Shown one piece after another: positions 10,111 through 21,166 of a stretch of DNA of 64,000 nucleotides. The DNA is taken from sequence record NC_070967.1; one strand, 5' to 3'. The translations under genes and the position numbers were made by a program. The first letter of the stretch is position 1. Every line of letters starts with the position of its first letter. Under the pieces are notes generated by a model, which searched no databases, was not told the DNA's origin, and saw only the letters and a list, made by a program, of their open reading frames with translations.

Positions 10111-10152
10111 TAGGTGAACTAGAGCTCCCTAAGAGATTTCTTCTTAGGGAGC
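10111..10152 (+). promoter_or_regulatory. Degenerate cassette copy overlapping a perfect 10-bp inverted repeat
   Basis: TAGGTGAACTA-N12-AGATTTCTTC; GCTCCCTAAG (10124-33) / CTTAGGGAGC (10143-52). Confidence 0.55.
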
Positions 10153-10185
10153 AATCCCGTTTAACTCAACTAGGATTTCACTACT

Positions 10186-11436
10186 ATGAAGAATGCTCAT
10201 ATCGTTATTGGTGCACAATACGGAGATGAAGGCAAGGGTGCCACTGTGAATCTCCTTGCTCAGAAATATCCAGATGCATTGAATGTCCGATTCAATGGTG
10301 GAGCTCAAGCAGGACATACTGTGACACTTGAGGATGGTCGTCGTCACGTATTCTCTCACTTTGGATCAGGTACTCTCCAAGGACTGGATACGTATTTCAA
10401 CGAGTCCTCCATCGTGAATCCTTGGAGATTCAAGGATGAGCATACTGTAATCATGAGTGAATTCGGTCTGAGTCCTCTTGTTTTTGTACATGAGAATGCT
10501 CTGGTCACATCGCCTTACGATATGGCAATCAATCAACTCTGGGAGACTTGCCGTAGTGGAGATCGTCATGGATCCTGCGGTATGGGTATTTATGAGACAA
10601 TCCTGAGATCTCGTAAGCCTGAATCTCTTGTACGAGTCCATGAACTAGTTTATCATGTATTTGAAGACATCAATGATCGGTACAAAGAATATGCGTATCG
10701 TAGACTTCAGGATGTCAGGGATTTTCATCCTGATTGTGAAGAGTTCATTAAGGATACTGAGAAATTTATTGATAGTGAAGATGTTACTCGTCAGTTCTTT
10801 CTTGACTACTCATTCTTCATGTCAATGATTAATGTCGTTAAAGACGATATTAATATCTATCCGCAGTACGATACTGTGATCTTCGAAGGAGCTCAAGGTC
10901 TCCAACTCGACCAGAATTATGTTGAGTATCTAGGTAATCTGCCTCATGCTACTCCATCCAATCCTGGACTAGGTAACAAGTCACTCCACGATGCATTCGA
11001 GAAGTATGGTCTCACTGAAGACCATATTCACGTGTACTATCTGACGAGATTCTATCAGACTCGTCACGGTAATGGACCATTCGATCGTGAGGTTAATCCT
11101 GACGCTCTAGGCGACATTGTTGATCTCACCAATATCGACAATCCTCATCAAGGATCGATTCGGTATGCTCCACTCAATGTCTTTAGTCTACTCGAAGCAG
11201 TACTGTTCGATCTTCAGTATATCGATAACTGCAGACCTTATCTGGTGGTCACATGTGTTGACCAAATTGTCAACGATGAAGTTGTCATCAAAGCACTGCA
11301 TGATGACAGTCACGTTAAGATTCCATTCGAGGATTTGAAGATGATCCTACGTGATAACTTTGAACTCATGTACGGCATCTTCTACTCTGATGGAAAGTCT
11401 ATGAAGTACGAGGAACATCTTTATGACGCAGCATAA
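10186..11436 (+). CDS. purA: Adenylosuccinate synthetase-like protein (divergent PurA family)
   Basis: GAQYGDEGKG, RFNGGAQAGHTV, IFEGAQG, TRHGNGPF; the canonical GTT-x-GIGP loop is replaced by GSCGMGIYET. Confidence 0.85.
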   Translation: MKNAHIVIGAQYGDEGKGATVNLLAQKYPDALNVRFNGGAQAGHTVTLEDGRRHVFSHFGSGTLQGLDTYFNESSIVNPWRFKDEHTVIMSEFGLSPLVFVHENALVTSPYDMAINQLWETCRSGDRHGSCGMGIYETILRSRKPESLVRVHELVYHVFEDINDRYKEYAYRRLQDVRDFHPDCEEFIKDTEKFIDSEDVTRQFFLDYSFFMSMINVVKDDINIYPQYDTVIFEGAQGLQLDQNYVEYLGNLPHATPSNPGLGNKSLHDAFEKYGLTEDHIHVYYLTRFYQTRHGNGPFDREVNPDALGDIVDLTNIDNPHQGSIRYAPLNVFSLLEAVLFDLQYIDNCRPYLVVTCVDQIVNDEVVIKALHDDSHVKIPFEDLKMILRDNFELMYGIFYSDGKSMKYEEHLYDAA

Positions 11437-13917
11437 ATCTGAAGGAGATCAGCTCGAAGAAGCTATCGCTGAGTACTTCACGCAGAAGCGTCAGGGAACG
11501 GAATTTGATACCAAGAATCCATTCAAGAAGGAGATTCAATTCGAGAAGAAGACTAAGACTATCTGCATTGCTGAGGATGTAGCCCATCGTGGAGGAATGA
11601 CAATCTGGTATGACGAGGATCAGATGATTCCTAATATACGTCAACTCTCCATTCGAGAAATCGAGAATCTCGAGAAGAGTCTCGGAGCAAGATTATTCGT
11701 ATCCTCTCAAGAGCATGCTGATGCAGTCATCCGCCCTAATCTCGATAAGTGCAGAAGATACCTATCTGTGATGCTTCATCCTAATAAGGCTATGGAGTAT
11801 CTAGGTCAGCTTCTCCTGTATCTTCAAGATCTCCATCCGGATGATCATTGTAGAGCTTATGAAGATGCTCTCTCATTTTATAATCATCATAATCCGTATC
11901 AGAGAGTAGAACCTACTGGTCTAGGCTTTACTCGTCTCGTACAACCTTCCTTGTTAGGAGATGATAGTGAATCGCGTTGATAAGATTAAAGCATTGGATA
12001 ATGCTACTGAATGCAAGTGGTACGTCGATATAGCATTTGATGCAGGTACTGCAGAAGCTCGTACCATGATGTACGGTTCAGAAATGAATCGATGGAAGTT
12101 CAGTGGATCACCTGATGATCTTGACGAACTTATCGACAATTCTCTCCAAGCTGCTTATGAAGAAGTAGTAGAGCATAAAGTTAAGCTGTACTCTGATATG
12201 CCTTGTCATGATTTTCTACCAGATGATCGTAATCTGATGAACTCATACGATAATGCATCTTTCCATAATCTTGAACATCTGTGGGTAGGACTATGAGCGA
12301 ATTTGAACGTATTAAACCTGAGGATATTGATGTCGGTGTATACATCTGGTACGGTGGACAGATGTCAGTATCTGGATGGGACTGCCCAGGTATCATCTAT
12401 GAGGTCAATGAAGAGGAGCAATGGTTCCGTATCCAATCTCTAGACGATCTCAATAAGAATGAACAGAAGTATGAGTTCGTACCTGATGACCGTAGTGCTA
12501 CGTCAAGTCGCACGATCCGTAAGATCGATCCTCGAGATGCTCTCGACTACGTTCGTAAGATGAAAGATCGTCGTCACTCTGATGTAGGTGACGCTGAAGA
12601 ACGTCTTCGTAAGGCTAAAGAGTCAGCACTGACGTTCCAGGTATTCTTTGATAATATGAAGAAAGAGATTGAGCATGCTGAATCTGTCTGAGGTTAAGGT
12701 AGGAGACTACCTATGGATGGAATTTGAATTCGAAGATGACTATCCTGGACGAGAGGATATTGATGAACCTCTCAGAATTATGGCAATCAATGGAAATGTT
12801 CTTCTAGTAATGTACTTGAAGAGTCTCTCAGGTACCTTACGATCGATTGATCTCGATACGATTCATTCTCGTACTAAATTGTACAAACCTACTACTGACA
12901 AATTGAGATCATTCTTACTTCATCTTGCTGCTAAGACGAGAGATCGTATTGAGGCTCTGAAGAAAGAGAAGAGTGACAACGATGTTCTCCTCAATAATAC
13001 TCGTAGCATTCTCAAAGAATTGATGGAATCAGATGATGCAAGCAAAGCTACCGTATGATCTTGTGATTGACAATGACACTATGTGGTTCGCAGGAGATGA
13101 TGTCAAGTTTGAATGCCATGTATGGAGTGACGGATCTATGTCCATCATGATACATCGAGGTACTGAATCTGTTCTTCTCCATTTTGATAACATCAGTGAA
13201 GCTGAAAAGTCAGGATGGAATGTATGATGTATAATACGAATCTCGGATTTTGGGTAGATCTTAATCAGATCGCTATGGTTAGTGAGTTTCTCAAAGGACG
13301 AGATCATCATTCGATTAAATTCTGCATATTGTACAAATATAGCTCTCAAGAAATATGGTACGAGTACGGAGTATTTGGTGACTCTACTCCGTACTTTATT
13401 CAGAAGAAGATGTATGAAGCATACAGGAAACTGAATGAAGCTTACGATTACAATGAGATACCGAAGTTTACGACTGAGTTCTACCTCGAGATGTTTGAAG
13501 ACTTGGTAGAGTCTATCGAAGAGCATCTTATCAACCTCATCAATGAAAAGATTAAGCACGATGCTAAGTAAGAGATTCTATGATACTGGGATGGGATTCT
13601 ATGTGGATCTCGAGCATATCCAAGCAGTTTCTAATGCTCAGGATACTCATCGATATGGTGAAGTGTGTTTCTCGATAAAGTACATGATGGGTGCAGGTAA
13701 TCACACATTGTATAACTTTAGTACATACTATGGTGATACTGAATTCGAGAAGGAAGTACTCGCAGCTACCAGAGCACTTTCAGACTCTCCTGAATGGAGA
13801 AAGCTTACTCAGGATCCTGACAAGAGGAGAATGCTAAGTAGAGTTACGATACCTATTCTCCAAAAGTACATTGACAGGATGTGGGAAGCTAAGAGCGAAT
13901 TCCTCTCATCACAATAG
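11423..13917 (+). CDS. Run of seven hypothetical CDS (11423-11980, 11961-12296, 12293-12691, 12675-13058, 13033-13227, 13215-13571, 13561-13917)
   Basis: Overlapping junctions; the last two share an N-terminal motif. Confidence 0.7.
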
Positions 13918-13951
13918 GTTCACTTAGGGTCCTAAGAGGATTCTTCTTTGA
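13915..13951 (+). promoter_or_regulatory. Promoter-like cassette, copy 3
   Basis: TAGGTTCACTT-N12-GGATTCTTCTTTGA; the TAG is the upstream stop codon; hairpin GGGTGC/GCATCC. Confidence 0.8.
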
Positions 13952-13990
13952 AGGGTGCGAGGGCATCCGAAATTCAACGGAGAAAAGATT

Positions 13991-14569
13991 ATGACGCAGA
14001 TTGCAGAAGAATTCCAGAAGATTGGTCTCATCTCGGAGAAGATGAAGAACGATCTCGAACTCGATCTTGACGAGCAGTTCATGGTCGGTCTGGAACTTGG
14101 TAACAAGTACGACCTCGTGAGCTGGGGATCCTTCAATGAGTTCATCAAACCGACTCTGAAGAATTTCTTCAAGGAGTACGTCAACTATCGGTTCTCGATC
14201 GGGATCGTAATCCTCCGTGAAGATCTCGAAAGGATCCTGATTCGGATTCTTGAGGAGCGCTGCAAGGGAGTTATCGCAACGACCTGCAAGGCTAAGAAAA
14301 TCAATCCCTTCCAGATTCGAGAAATCGAGAAGGATAAGGGATTGACGATGGGAATCGTCCGAGGCATTCGTGTCTTCAAGAAGCGTCGTAAGTTGATCGT
14401 GAAAGAAGACCAGATCCTCCAGTACGATTCTCAGCTTCGCTCGGTCAACATCGTCTACCTCTGGGAGATGGTGAAGAAGGTCCGTCAGGATATGGAGAAG
14501 GCTAATCGCGATCTCGTCGCATCCTTCGATCCTTCCAAGATCACTCGAGTAGAAGTGGCTAAGAAGTAA
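13991..14569 (+). CDS. Hypothetical early protein
   Basis: First gene after the cassette; C-ending codon bias. Confidence 0.75.
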   Translation: MTQIAEEFQKIGLISEKMKNDLELDLDEQFMVGLELGNKYDLVSWGSFNEFIKPTLKNFFKEYVNYRFSIGIVILREDLERILIRILEERCKGVIATTCKAKKINPFQIREIEKDKGLTMGIVRGIRVFKKRRKLIVKEDQILQYDSQLRSVNIVYLWEMVKKVRQDMEKANRDLVASFDPSKITRVEVAKK

Positions 14570-14597
14570 ACGTGGAGAAGTAGTAAAGGAGTCGCAC

Positions 14598-17139
14598 GTG
14601 AATGAAGTGAAATCAGAGATCTCCCTATCGGACAAGTCTGTTAAGGAGATCGACCAGATCATTCTTGAGAGATGTCACGAGATCGAGAGTGAACATGATG
14701 GAATCGACCATGATGTAGCTCTAGCTCAAGCGACTGAAGAGATCGTCAAGAAACTGTCTGAAGAATTTCGAGCAGTCTAATGCTGGAAGTGCTCAGCTTT
14801 AAACTAGTAGCTACGGGTATTTATTATATCCGTAGCAGAGGTACCGAAAGAGTAGGTAGTAGATTCTACGACACATCATATGTCAATGAGTCTACTGCCA
14901 ATCTTTTAAAGGATTTTCTCATCAAACGATGGGAAGAATGTCCAATTGAGCGAATTACCGACCTAAGAGACTTCTTTGTTATACCTCATGGGCATATCTC
15001 CTTCTCATCTATGACACCTAAGGAATTATTTGACTCACAATTTAGTCGATTCAAATTTGGTACATCTAAGATGAAGAGAAACGTTATGAAACATCTAATT
15101 GGATTGTATCCAGATTTGAAATAGTACTAATGAGCTTTACGCATAAAATTATCTTTATTGTAGTTATAGTTTTGACGATTGGATTTACTTCATTGTTCCT
15201 GTTCGACGAATCCATGTACTACCCATCAAATAGGTTGAGACAAGTATGTAGACCTGTTTCCCAGAACAAGTGTGCGATTTATATCTACGAGGTCAAATAA
15301 TGAAAGCTAAGCATGTCTCTGATGAACGTAAGCTCTATGATCTCTGTAAGGAATTCATCGAGGAGCAATTTATCCATGACAAGGATGATGCTGAATGGGT
15401 CACTGAAGATGACAAATTTAAGTTCATCATGAAAGTTTGTGAGATCGTAGGATTCAAGGAATTGGTGAAATGAAATTACTAGGTGAGACTATCGAAGTCA
15501 CTACATCAACTGTCTTCAAGGGTGAGCTAGGTACTGTTATCGAACAGTCGAGAACTACTCTGACAGTAGACTTCGATGGTCGCATCGGTAAGTATGATCT
15601 GTTCAAGAATGAGTTCATCGTCTACAAGAACTTCAAACTCGAGAGACCAGTCGAATTGATCAGTCTCAAATCTATCGAAGGAGAACCAGTCTATGCAAAG
15701 TACTCAGAACGAGTCGTGCGACCGATTAAGTGTTAAGAGACCTGATCCTATGGTCTCTCCTAGTCGTCCTCTCACGAATGATGAGAGATACCATCTCATC
15801 AAAGCTTCTCAGAGGACTCAGTCGGATTATCCTAAGGTACGTCTCTGGTATGAATACTTCAGAGACAGTGGTCAGTGCAGCATGATGGATACTCAATACG
15901 TTATCTCGATCGCTATCACAGCGATGATCCAAGATGAGCTCGAATCCAATGAAGTATGATCAGAATTTATACAGCAAATACGGATACTGGATTAAGTCCG
16001 ACGGTACAATTCTATACTTGGACTCGATCTACGGTCACAACGATCTCGCTAAGGAGAGTGGTGACTTCGATCCAAGTATGTCTGGTCATGACTGCTATTC
16101 TGCAGCTATCGACAGTGGATGGATTCGGATCAATATCAGTGCGTATACTGCAACATGGGGACTTCATTGGAACTATGCTGAAGCCAAGATCACTGATGAA
16201 GCAGTCAAGGGATTCAAGCATCTGATTAGATTGCATGGACCTCATGAAGTCGATACTGGTGTAGCTCTCCAGATTCACTACAAAGATGCGATCGAACTTA
16301 TGCAAGGTCGGATGAGCATCGATCAATTGAATGAGAAAATCAAGAAGAAGGAAGATGAATATTACTGACACTATTTCATGGTATCTCACGTTTGTTACTA
16401 CTGTATCTTATTTGATGATACTGGTTGTAATGCGAGTCCATTACATTCATAATTATTCAAGAGATACAAGATGGTACTATGCATCGATGATGATCATCTT
16501 TAGTATTCAAGGTACGGTCGGATTGATGCTTCTCATGATTCACAATGGAGTTATTAGATGAAAAGATACAGAGAGTGGCGATATGGATTCCGAATAGGTA
16601 CCAACTATTCGGAGTTATCCAATGTCAAGTCAAAGTGGAGGATCTGGATTCGTATGTGAGTCCATGAGTCCTCAGCGCATGCCTAATATGAAGGCATTCA
16701 AACCATTCTGCTTGTGCTGTGTAGGTAAGGTATATCGTAAGGGATACGTTCTCAGCAAAGCTAAGTCTCGATTTAAGAATCGTCGACTTCATCGCGGTAA
16801 GCCTCGTTATAAGGATCATCGCGCATAATGTCTAGGACCACGAGACTCTGCAAACCTTATATCATTTACTACAATTACCATAACCTCGGAGATCCTGATC
16901 CTCGAGATGCGTCTCAAAATGGACGTGATGGTAGTAAGTACAAGAGTGCACTGTACGACGATTACATTAAACAACCTGGATGGTCTCGAGATCATTATGT
17001 TGGCATGAGTATTCGTCGTAGTTGCAAGAAATCTGCTCGTCGTCATCGTCGACGTGAAGATCTTCAGACTGTCTGCAAGGAGATTCTGGAGTACTTTCAT
17101 GACGACGAATTCAGCGTTGATGAGCCTTCCTCTTTGTAA
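14598..17139 (+). CDS. Run of small hypothetical CDS (14598-14780, 14780-15124, 15130-15300 membrane, 15300-15473, 15470-15736, about 15750-15959, 15949-16368, 16355-16561 membrane, about 16622-16828, 16828-17139)
   Basis: Tight stop/start coupling; some starts uncertain. Confidence 0.6.
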
Positions 17140-17156
17140 GTAAGAATATATTTTAT

Positions 17157-17199
17157 AGGCCTCATTTAGTAGAAATGCTAGATGAGGCCTTTTCTTTTA
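17157..17199 (+). terminator. Intrinsic terminator
   Basis: AGGCCTCATTTAGTA-GAAA-TGCTAGATGAGGCCT followed by TTTCTTTT. Confidence 0.85.
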
Positions 17200-17215
17200 C
17201 CTTATTGGAGCATCA

Positions 17216-17791
17216 ATGAATTACAACATTGACACGACTGAAGCAGAGCTACGAGAACAGCTTCAGCAGAAGAATCGTGAGATAGATCTGAAGTCACCTG
17301 ATCTTCCCGATTTCACAATCAGCAAGAACATGAAGAAAGATCGGGATGATCTCAAGAAGTATCTTTACTTCTTGATCAGTAATCAATCCGATTTTGTCAA
17401 GACACTTTACAAATACAGTGACAAGACTATGGAGATGACAGTCTCTTCAGACGAGTGTGGATGGAGACCTAAGTCACATATCTCTCGTGTCGTATGTAAC
17501 TTGAATCTGAAGACTCTTAAAGTCACGTACGAAGCATATGAGACTTCATTTGGTATTCTCAATTCATATGCGAATCGTCCAGTTGAACATAAACTTATAT
17601 TCAAGTACAAGTTTATTATTCCTCCATCTGCACTAATGAAGCTTACTGAAAGATTCGAGAATGCTGCATGTGAGTGTATGAAGAAGCTCGAGATCGATCG
17701 TGAGATTGCTAAGAAGAAGCAAGATGAGAAGGATCGTCTACTCGGACTGATTGACTTTGAGGTAGAGCAACAATTAAATCGTAAGTCGTAG
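17216..17791 (+). CDS. Hypothetical protein
   Basis: SD GGAG; its stop is the TAG of cassette 4. Confidence 0.7.
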   Translation: MNYNIDTTEAELREQLQQKNREIDLKSPDLPDFTISKNMKKDRDDLKKYLYFLISNQSDFVKTLYKYSDKTMEMTVSSDECGWRPKSHISRVVCNLNLKTLKVTYEAYETSFGILNSYANRPVEHKLIFKYKFIIPPSALMKLTERFENAACECMKKLEIDREIAKKKQDEKDRLLGLIDFEVEQQLNRKS

Positions 17792-17825
17792 GTGCAGTTA
17801 GAGTTCTCGAGGGATTCTTCTTTGA
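17789..17825 (+). promoter_or_regulatory. Promoter-like cassette, copy 4
   Basis: TAGGTGCAGTT-N12-GGATTCTTCTTTGA; hairpin CTCCGA/TCGGAG; SD AAGGAG. Confidence 0.8.
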
Positions 17826-17858
17826 AGGCTCCGAAGGTCGGAGTTCAAGGAGAATGAT

Positions 17859-19102
17859 ATGTCGACTTCTGTTACAACTGCGACGTACTACGTAGCCAAG
17901 ACGAAGGCTACTCGTACTCGTGACGATCAGGTACTCAAGCACAATATCGGTGATGAGTTCACTCTCGTCGCTGGTGAGTGGATTGGTATGGATGGTTATC
18001 GTATGCCTGGATGGACTGAGTATCTTCCTGCCAAGTTCCCTCTCCTCATCAATGCGATGGATTACGTCAAGAATCTTCCAGGAGAGATGTACGGATTCAA
18101 GGTGATCCCTGATACGGTCAGTTTCAGTAAGGTCACAGTAACAACTACGACTGAAGAAGAGGAGGTCACTCTCGATGCCTAGCAAGGAAATGCTAGAGAT
18201 TCAGAAGAGATGGAATGACAAGTATGGTCATCTGTCTCTCGAGGATCGTGAAGCACTGATCAAGAGGGAGACTGAAGAAGGTCTCCGTCGATTGAAAGAT
18301 GCAGGCATTGTACCTACGATGACTGCTGATGAACTCATGAAACTCACGAGGGATCGATAATGGCATACGGAGACTATAACGGACCTAACAAGCCTGATAA
18401 AGGTCAGGAGAATGGTAGCTGTAATCGTACCAGATGTCAGTGCTCTCCTGCAATCTGGTACAATCATGGATCATTTTCATGGTATTGTACCGAGTGTAAG
18501 AACGATATATGGAATGCTAACAAGCATACCTTCCATATCGATATGCCGAATGTCAAGCATCCGATGTTCGAGACTCGTGAGATGATGAATTCTCGAGGTG
18601 TTAAGAAGGAGTCTGCATAATGGCATATGGTGAATATCGTGGTCAGACTCTTGGTCGCATCATGCACTTCTTGTACAAGATGGACTTCAACTCCGACTCA
18701 TGGGCTCGGATCGGATTCGATAAGGAGAAAGGTAAGATTGTAATCTACAATACTTACTTCTCTCACCCTGACAATCTTCGATTCGAATCTAAGGACTCGC
18801 ACCCTGATGGTCGTATCTTCGGATACATCACATGGGAGAACGATGGCGACTCCGACTATCCTATCCTTGAACTCGACCCGTTCTTCAAGGAGGATATTCA
18901 TAATGCCTGGCAGGAGAGATGGGACGAGGCAGTCAGACGCATCAAGCAGACTGACAAGTATCTCGATCGTCCAATGTACTCCAAGAAGGAAGACGATTAT
19001 CGTAAGCGTATCAAGGATATGACCGATAGAGCTCATCTGACAGCAGGTGTCTTCGAGTATCCTTACTCTAAGGTCGTTCAGCAGATACGTGTATCATCTT
19101 AA
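17859..19102 (+). CDS. Four hypothetical CDS (17859-18182, 18175-18360, 18360-18620 Cys-rich zinc-binding, 18620-19102)
   Basis: Coupled junctions; CNRTRCQC...YCTEC in 18360-18620. Confidence 0.7.
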
Positions 19103-19132
19103 TTAGCATTATCTTTTATAAAACGAGGAACA

Positions 19133-19666
19133 GTGAATATGCATGAATTTTCTGGTACGTTTGCATGGCTTCATCCGGATCGTGAGACTCTCATCAAGAT
19201 GCTCGAATGGCTTGAAGATAATGAAGTCGAGGAGCCTTGCATTACTCAGTATGGTCGTCATCTGCATACGACTATCTACAATCATGGCTACGAGATTTTT
19301 GTACCTCGTAAGAAACTCGAGAAGCCTATCGTAATCAATCCTGATCAAATGAGGTACGCTAATCGTCAAGGTAAGTTCATGGTTGAGTTCACTACTCCGA
19401 CCATTCGTAACTATGCTAAGAAGTTTGTATGTCAGATTCCAGGAATCGACATGGAGGACTGGGAATCTAAATGGATCCCTCATATGCTTCTCAGCATTCG
19501 TCCTCGTAGGACTCCTATGAAGAAGCCTATTGATTTTCCGATCACCTTCGTAGGTCAGAATTCAAGTCCTCGTATCAAGACTAAGGCAGATTACATTGAA
19601 GAGACGATCTCTCGTAATGTACCTCAGTCTCGCAAGAATCACATTGTCAAACTCATGGAGAGCTGA
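19133..19666 (+). CDS. 2H phosphodiesterase, Acb1 (T4 57B)-like
   Basis: GTFAWL...ETL, HLHTTIY (HxT) and WIPHMLLS (second, degenerate HxT) with Acb1-like spacing. Confidence 0.7.
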   Translation: MNMHEFSGTFAWLHPDRETLIKMLEWLEDNEVEEPCITQYGRHLHTTIYNHGYEIFVPRKKLEKPIVINPDQMRYANRQGKFMVEFTTPTIRNYAKKFVCQIPGIDMEDWESKWIPHMLLSIRPRRTPMKKPIDFPITFVGQNSSPRIKTKADYIEETISRNVPQSRKNHIVKLMES

Positions 19667-19879
19667 GTTGTTCAAGACATGGACGTTCTTTGGATTAAGG
19701 TTCCAGATACACATCTTACCTAGATTCAAAGTACGTCTATATTTTGACTCAGGTAAATATTGGAGAAAGAATGAATGATTGTATGTGTGGTAGTATTCAC
19801 GATCGTCGCTCATTTTCTGTCAGGTCGACGTAGACGTTACTGGAAAGTACTCTAAGAATTATTTAATGGAGTCGGATTT

Positions 19880-20594
19880 GTGATCATTCAGCATGAAGAG
19901 AAATGGTGGATCAAGATCGTTCAAGATATTTATCCTGAACAAGATGATGTCTTCTACGTGTACGAAGGTAACTTTGATACAGAAGATGTCAAGAACATGA
20001 TCGCCATTGGATTCATTAGTCCCAATCGTACGATTCGAGGATTGAAGATCATCAAAGAACTTGGTACTCTAGAGGATTGGAAGATCGTCTGTGAGGCTGT
20101 TGAGAGGATTATACTGAATGTCAAGCATTAGTTTTGAAGATATGGATCGTTATGAGAAGATGATCCTCAGTAATCTCACTCTTCCTGAGAGTGAGAGGAA
20201 AGATCTGTGGACCGAGATTGCTCGTGAGCGTCTAGGTAAACAGGATATCTCTATCGAAGAACGTCGAGCAGTTAAGCTATTGTACTGGCAGACTGCTTAT
20301 GGTATCGAGAAGAAGCCTCCATCCGAAGCTTATGAACTTCTCGATATCAAAGTCAAGTCTCTCGTACTAGGATCTGTTGCATGTCCATCAGCATGGGACA
20401 TCGTTGATGAGAATGGCAAGAAATACTATGCGAGGTATCGTGGAGCGACTCTTCGAGTATATGAAGATCCTGCTCATAATGAGATCTTCAAGATAGTTGT
20501 CAGTGACATCCCACTTGATGGTATGATGCCGACAATCGTGATGCTTAATCTGACAGGTATGGAACTCGTCGATGGAGCTACTGTCGAAATCTGA
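19880..20594 (+). CDS. Two hypothetical CDS (19880-20131, 20118-20594)
   Basis: SD GGAG; the second has CPSAWD...YYARYR. Confidence 0.65.
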
Positions 20595-20633
20595 GAAAAT
20601 AAAACGCCGATTATTGCAAATAAAAGAAAAAGA

Positions 20634-20670
20634 TGGGTGCAGTTGTGGGCTCAGAAGGATTCTTCTTTGA
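20634..20670 (+). promoter_or_regulatory. Promoter-like cassette, copy 5
   Basis: TGGGTGCAGTT-N12-GGATTCTTCTTTGA, A-rich upstream tract, two leader hairpins, SD AAGGAG. Confidence 0.8.
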
Positions 20671-20756
20671 AGGGGCTGGAATGGTTCTACCCTTCTGGTA
20701 AGCTCCATCTTACGCACAGGATGGAGTAGATTGTTGATTGTGCGTTAACAAGGAGA

Positions 20757-21089
20757 ATGGAAATGTTCGCAGTTTATGCTCGTACGACGAAGGATGGTAC
20801 CGATCATATCGAAATGTATGAACGGAAGCAGGATCGCAACTTCGTCGAGACCATGGACCAGATGTCCAAAAACTATGGTCACAAGATGCACAAGGCTCAG
20901 GTCTTCGAATCGGAGGAGAATCTCCGTGAGTGGGTCAAGAAGGAGCTCGGTGCTAACTGGATCACGCTCCTGGACAAGACGATCGAAGATCAGAAGAAGG
21001 ACCATCGTCTGAAGGGCAATCGTGGTGATACGGCTCCTCAGAAGGCAGCTGATGCCAAGAAGGATTCTGGTCAGTCTGCAAGCAGGTGA
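20757..21089 (+). CDS. Hypothetical early protein (single-gene unit)
   Basis: Lies between cassette 5 and a terminator. Confidence 0.75.
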   Translation: MEMFAVYARTTKDGTDHIEMYERKQDRNFVETMDQMSKNYGHKMHKAQVFESEENLREWVKKELGANWITLLDKTIEDQKKDHRLKGNRGDTAPQKAADAKKDSGQSASR

Positions 21090-21113
21090 TCCTGACCAGG
21101 ACTCAGCAATATC

Positions 21114-21151
21114 GCCTAGTGGAGAGCAATCTTCACTAGGCCTTTTCTTTT
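21114..21151 (+). terminator. Intrinsic terminator
   Basis: GCCTAGTGGAGA-GCAA-TCTTCACTAGGC followed by CTTTTCTTTT. Confidence 0.85.
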
Positions 21152-21166
21152 ATCTAAACGTGACAT

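Noticed and set aside
10186-11436. PurZ / Z-genome pathway
   Set aside because: The motif is GDEGKG with the PurA-type Asp, not the PurZ Ser, and no dATPase or MazZ partner is seen in the window.
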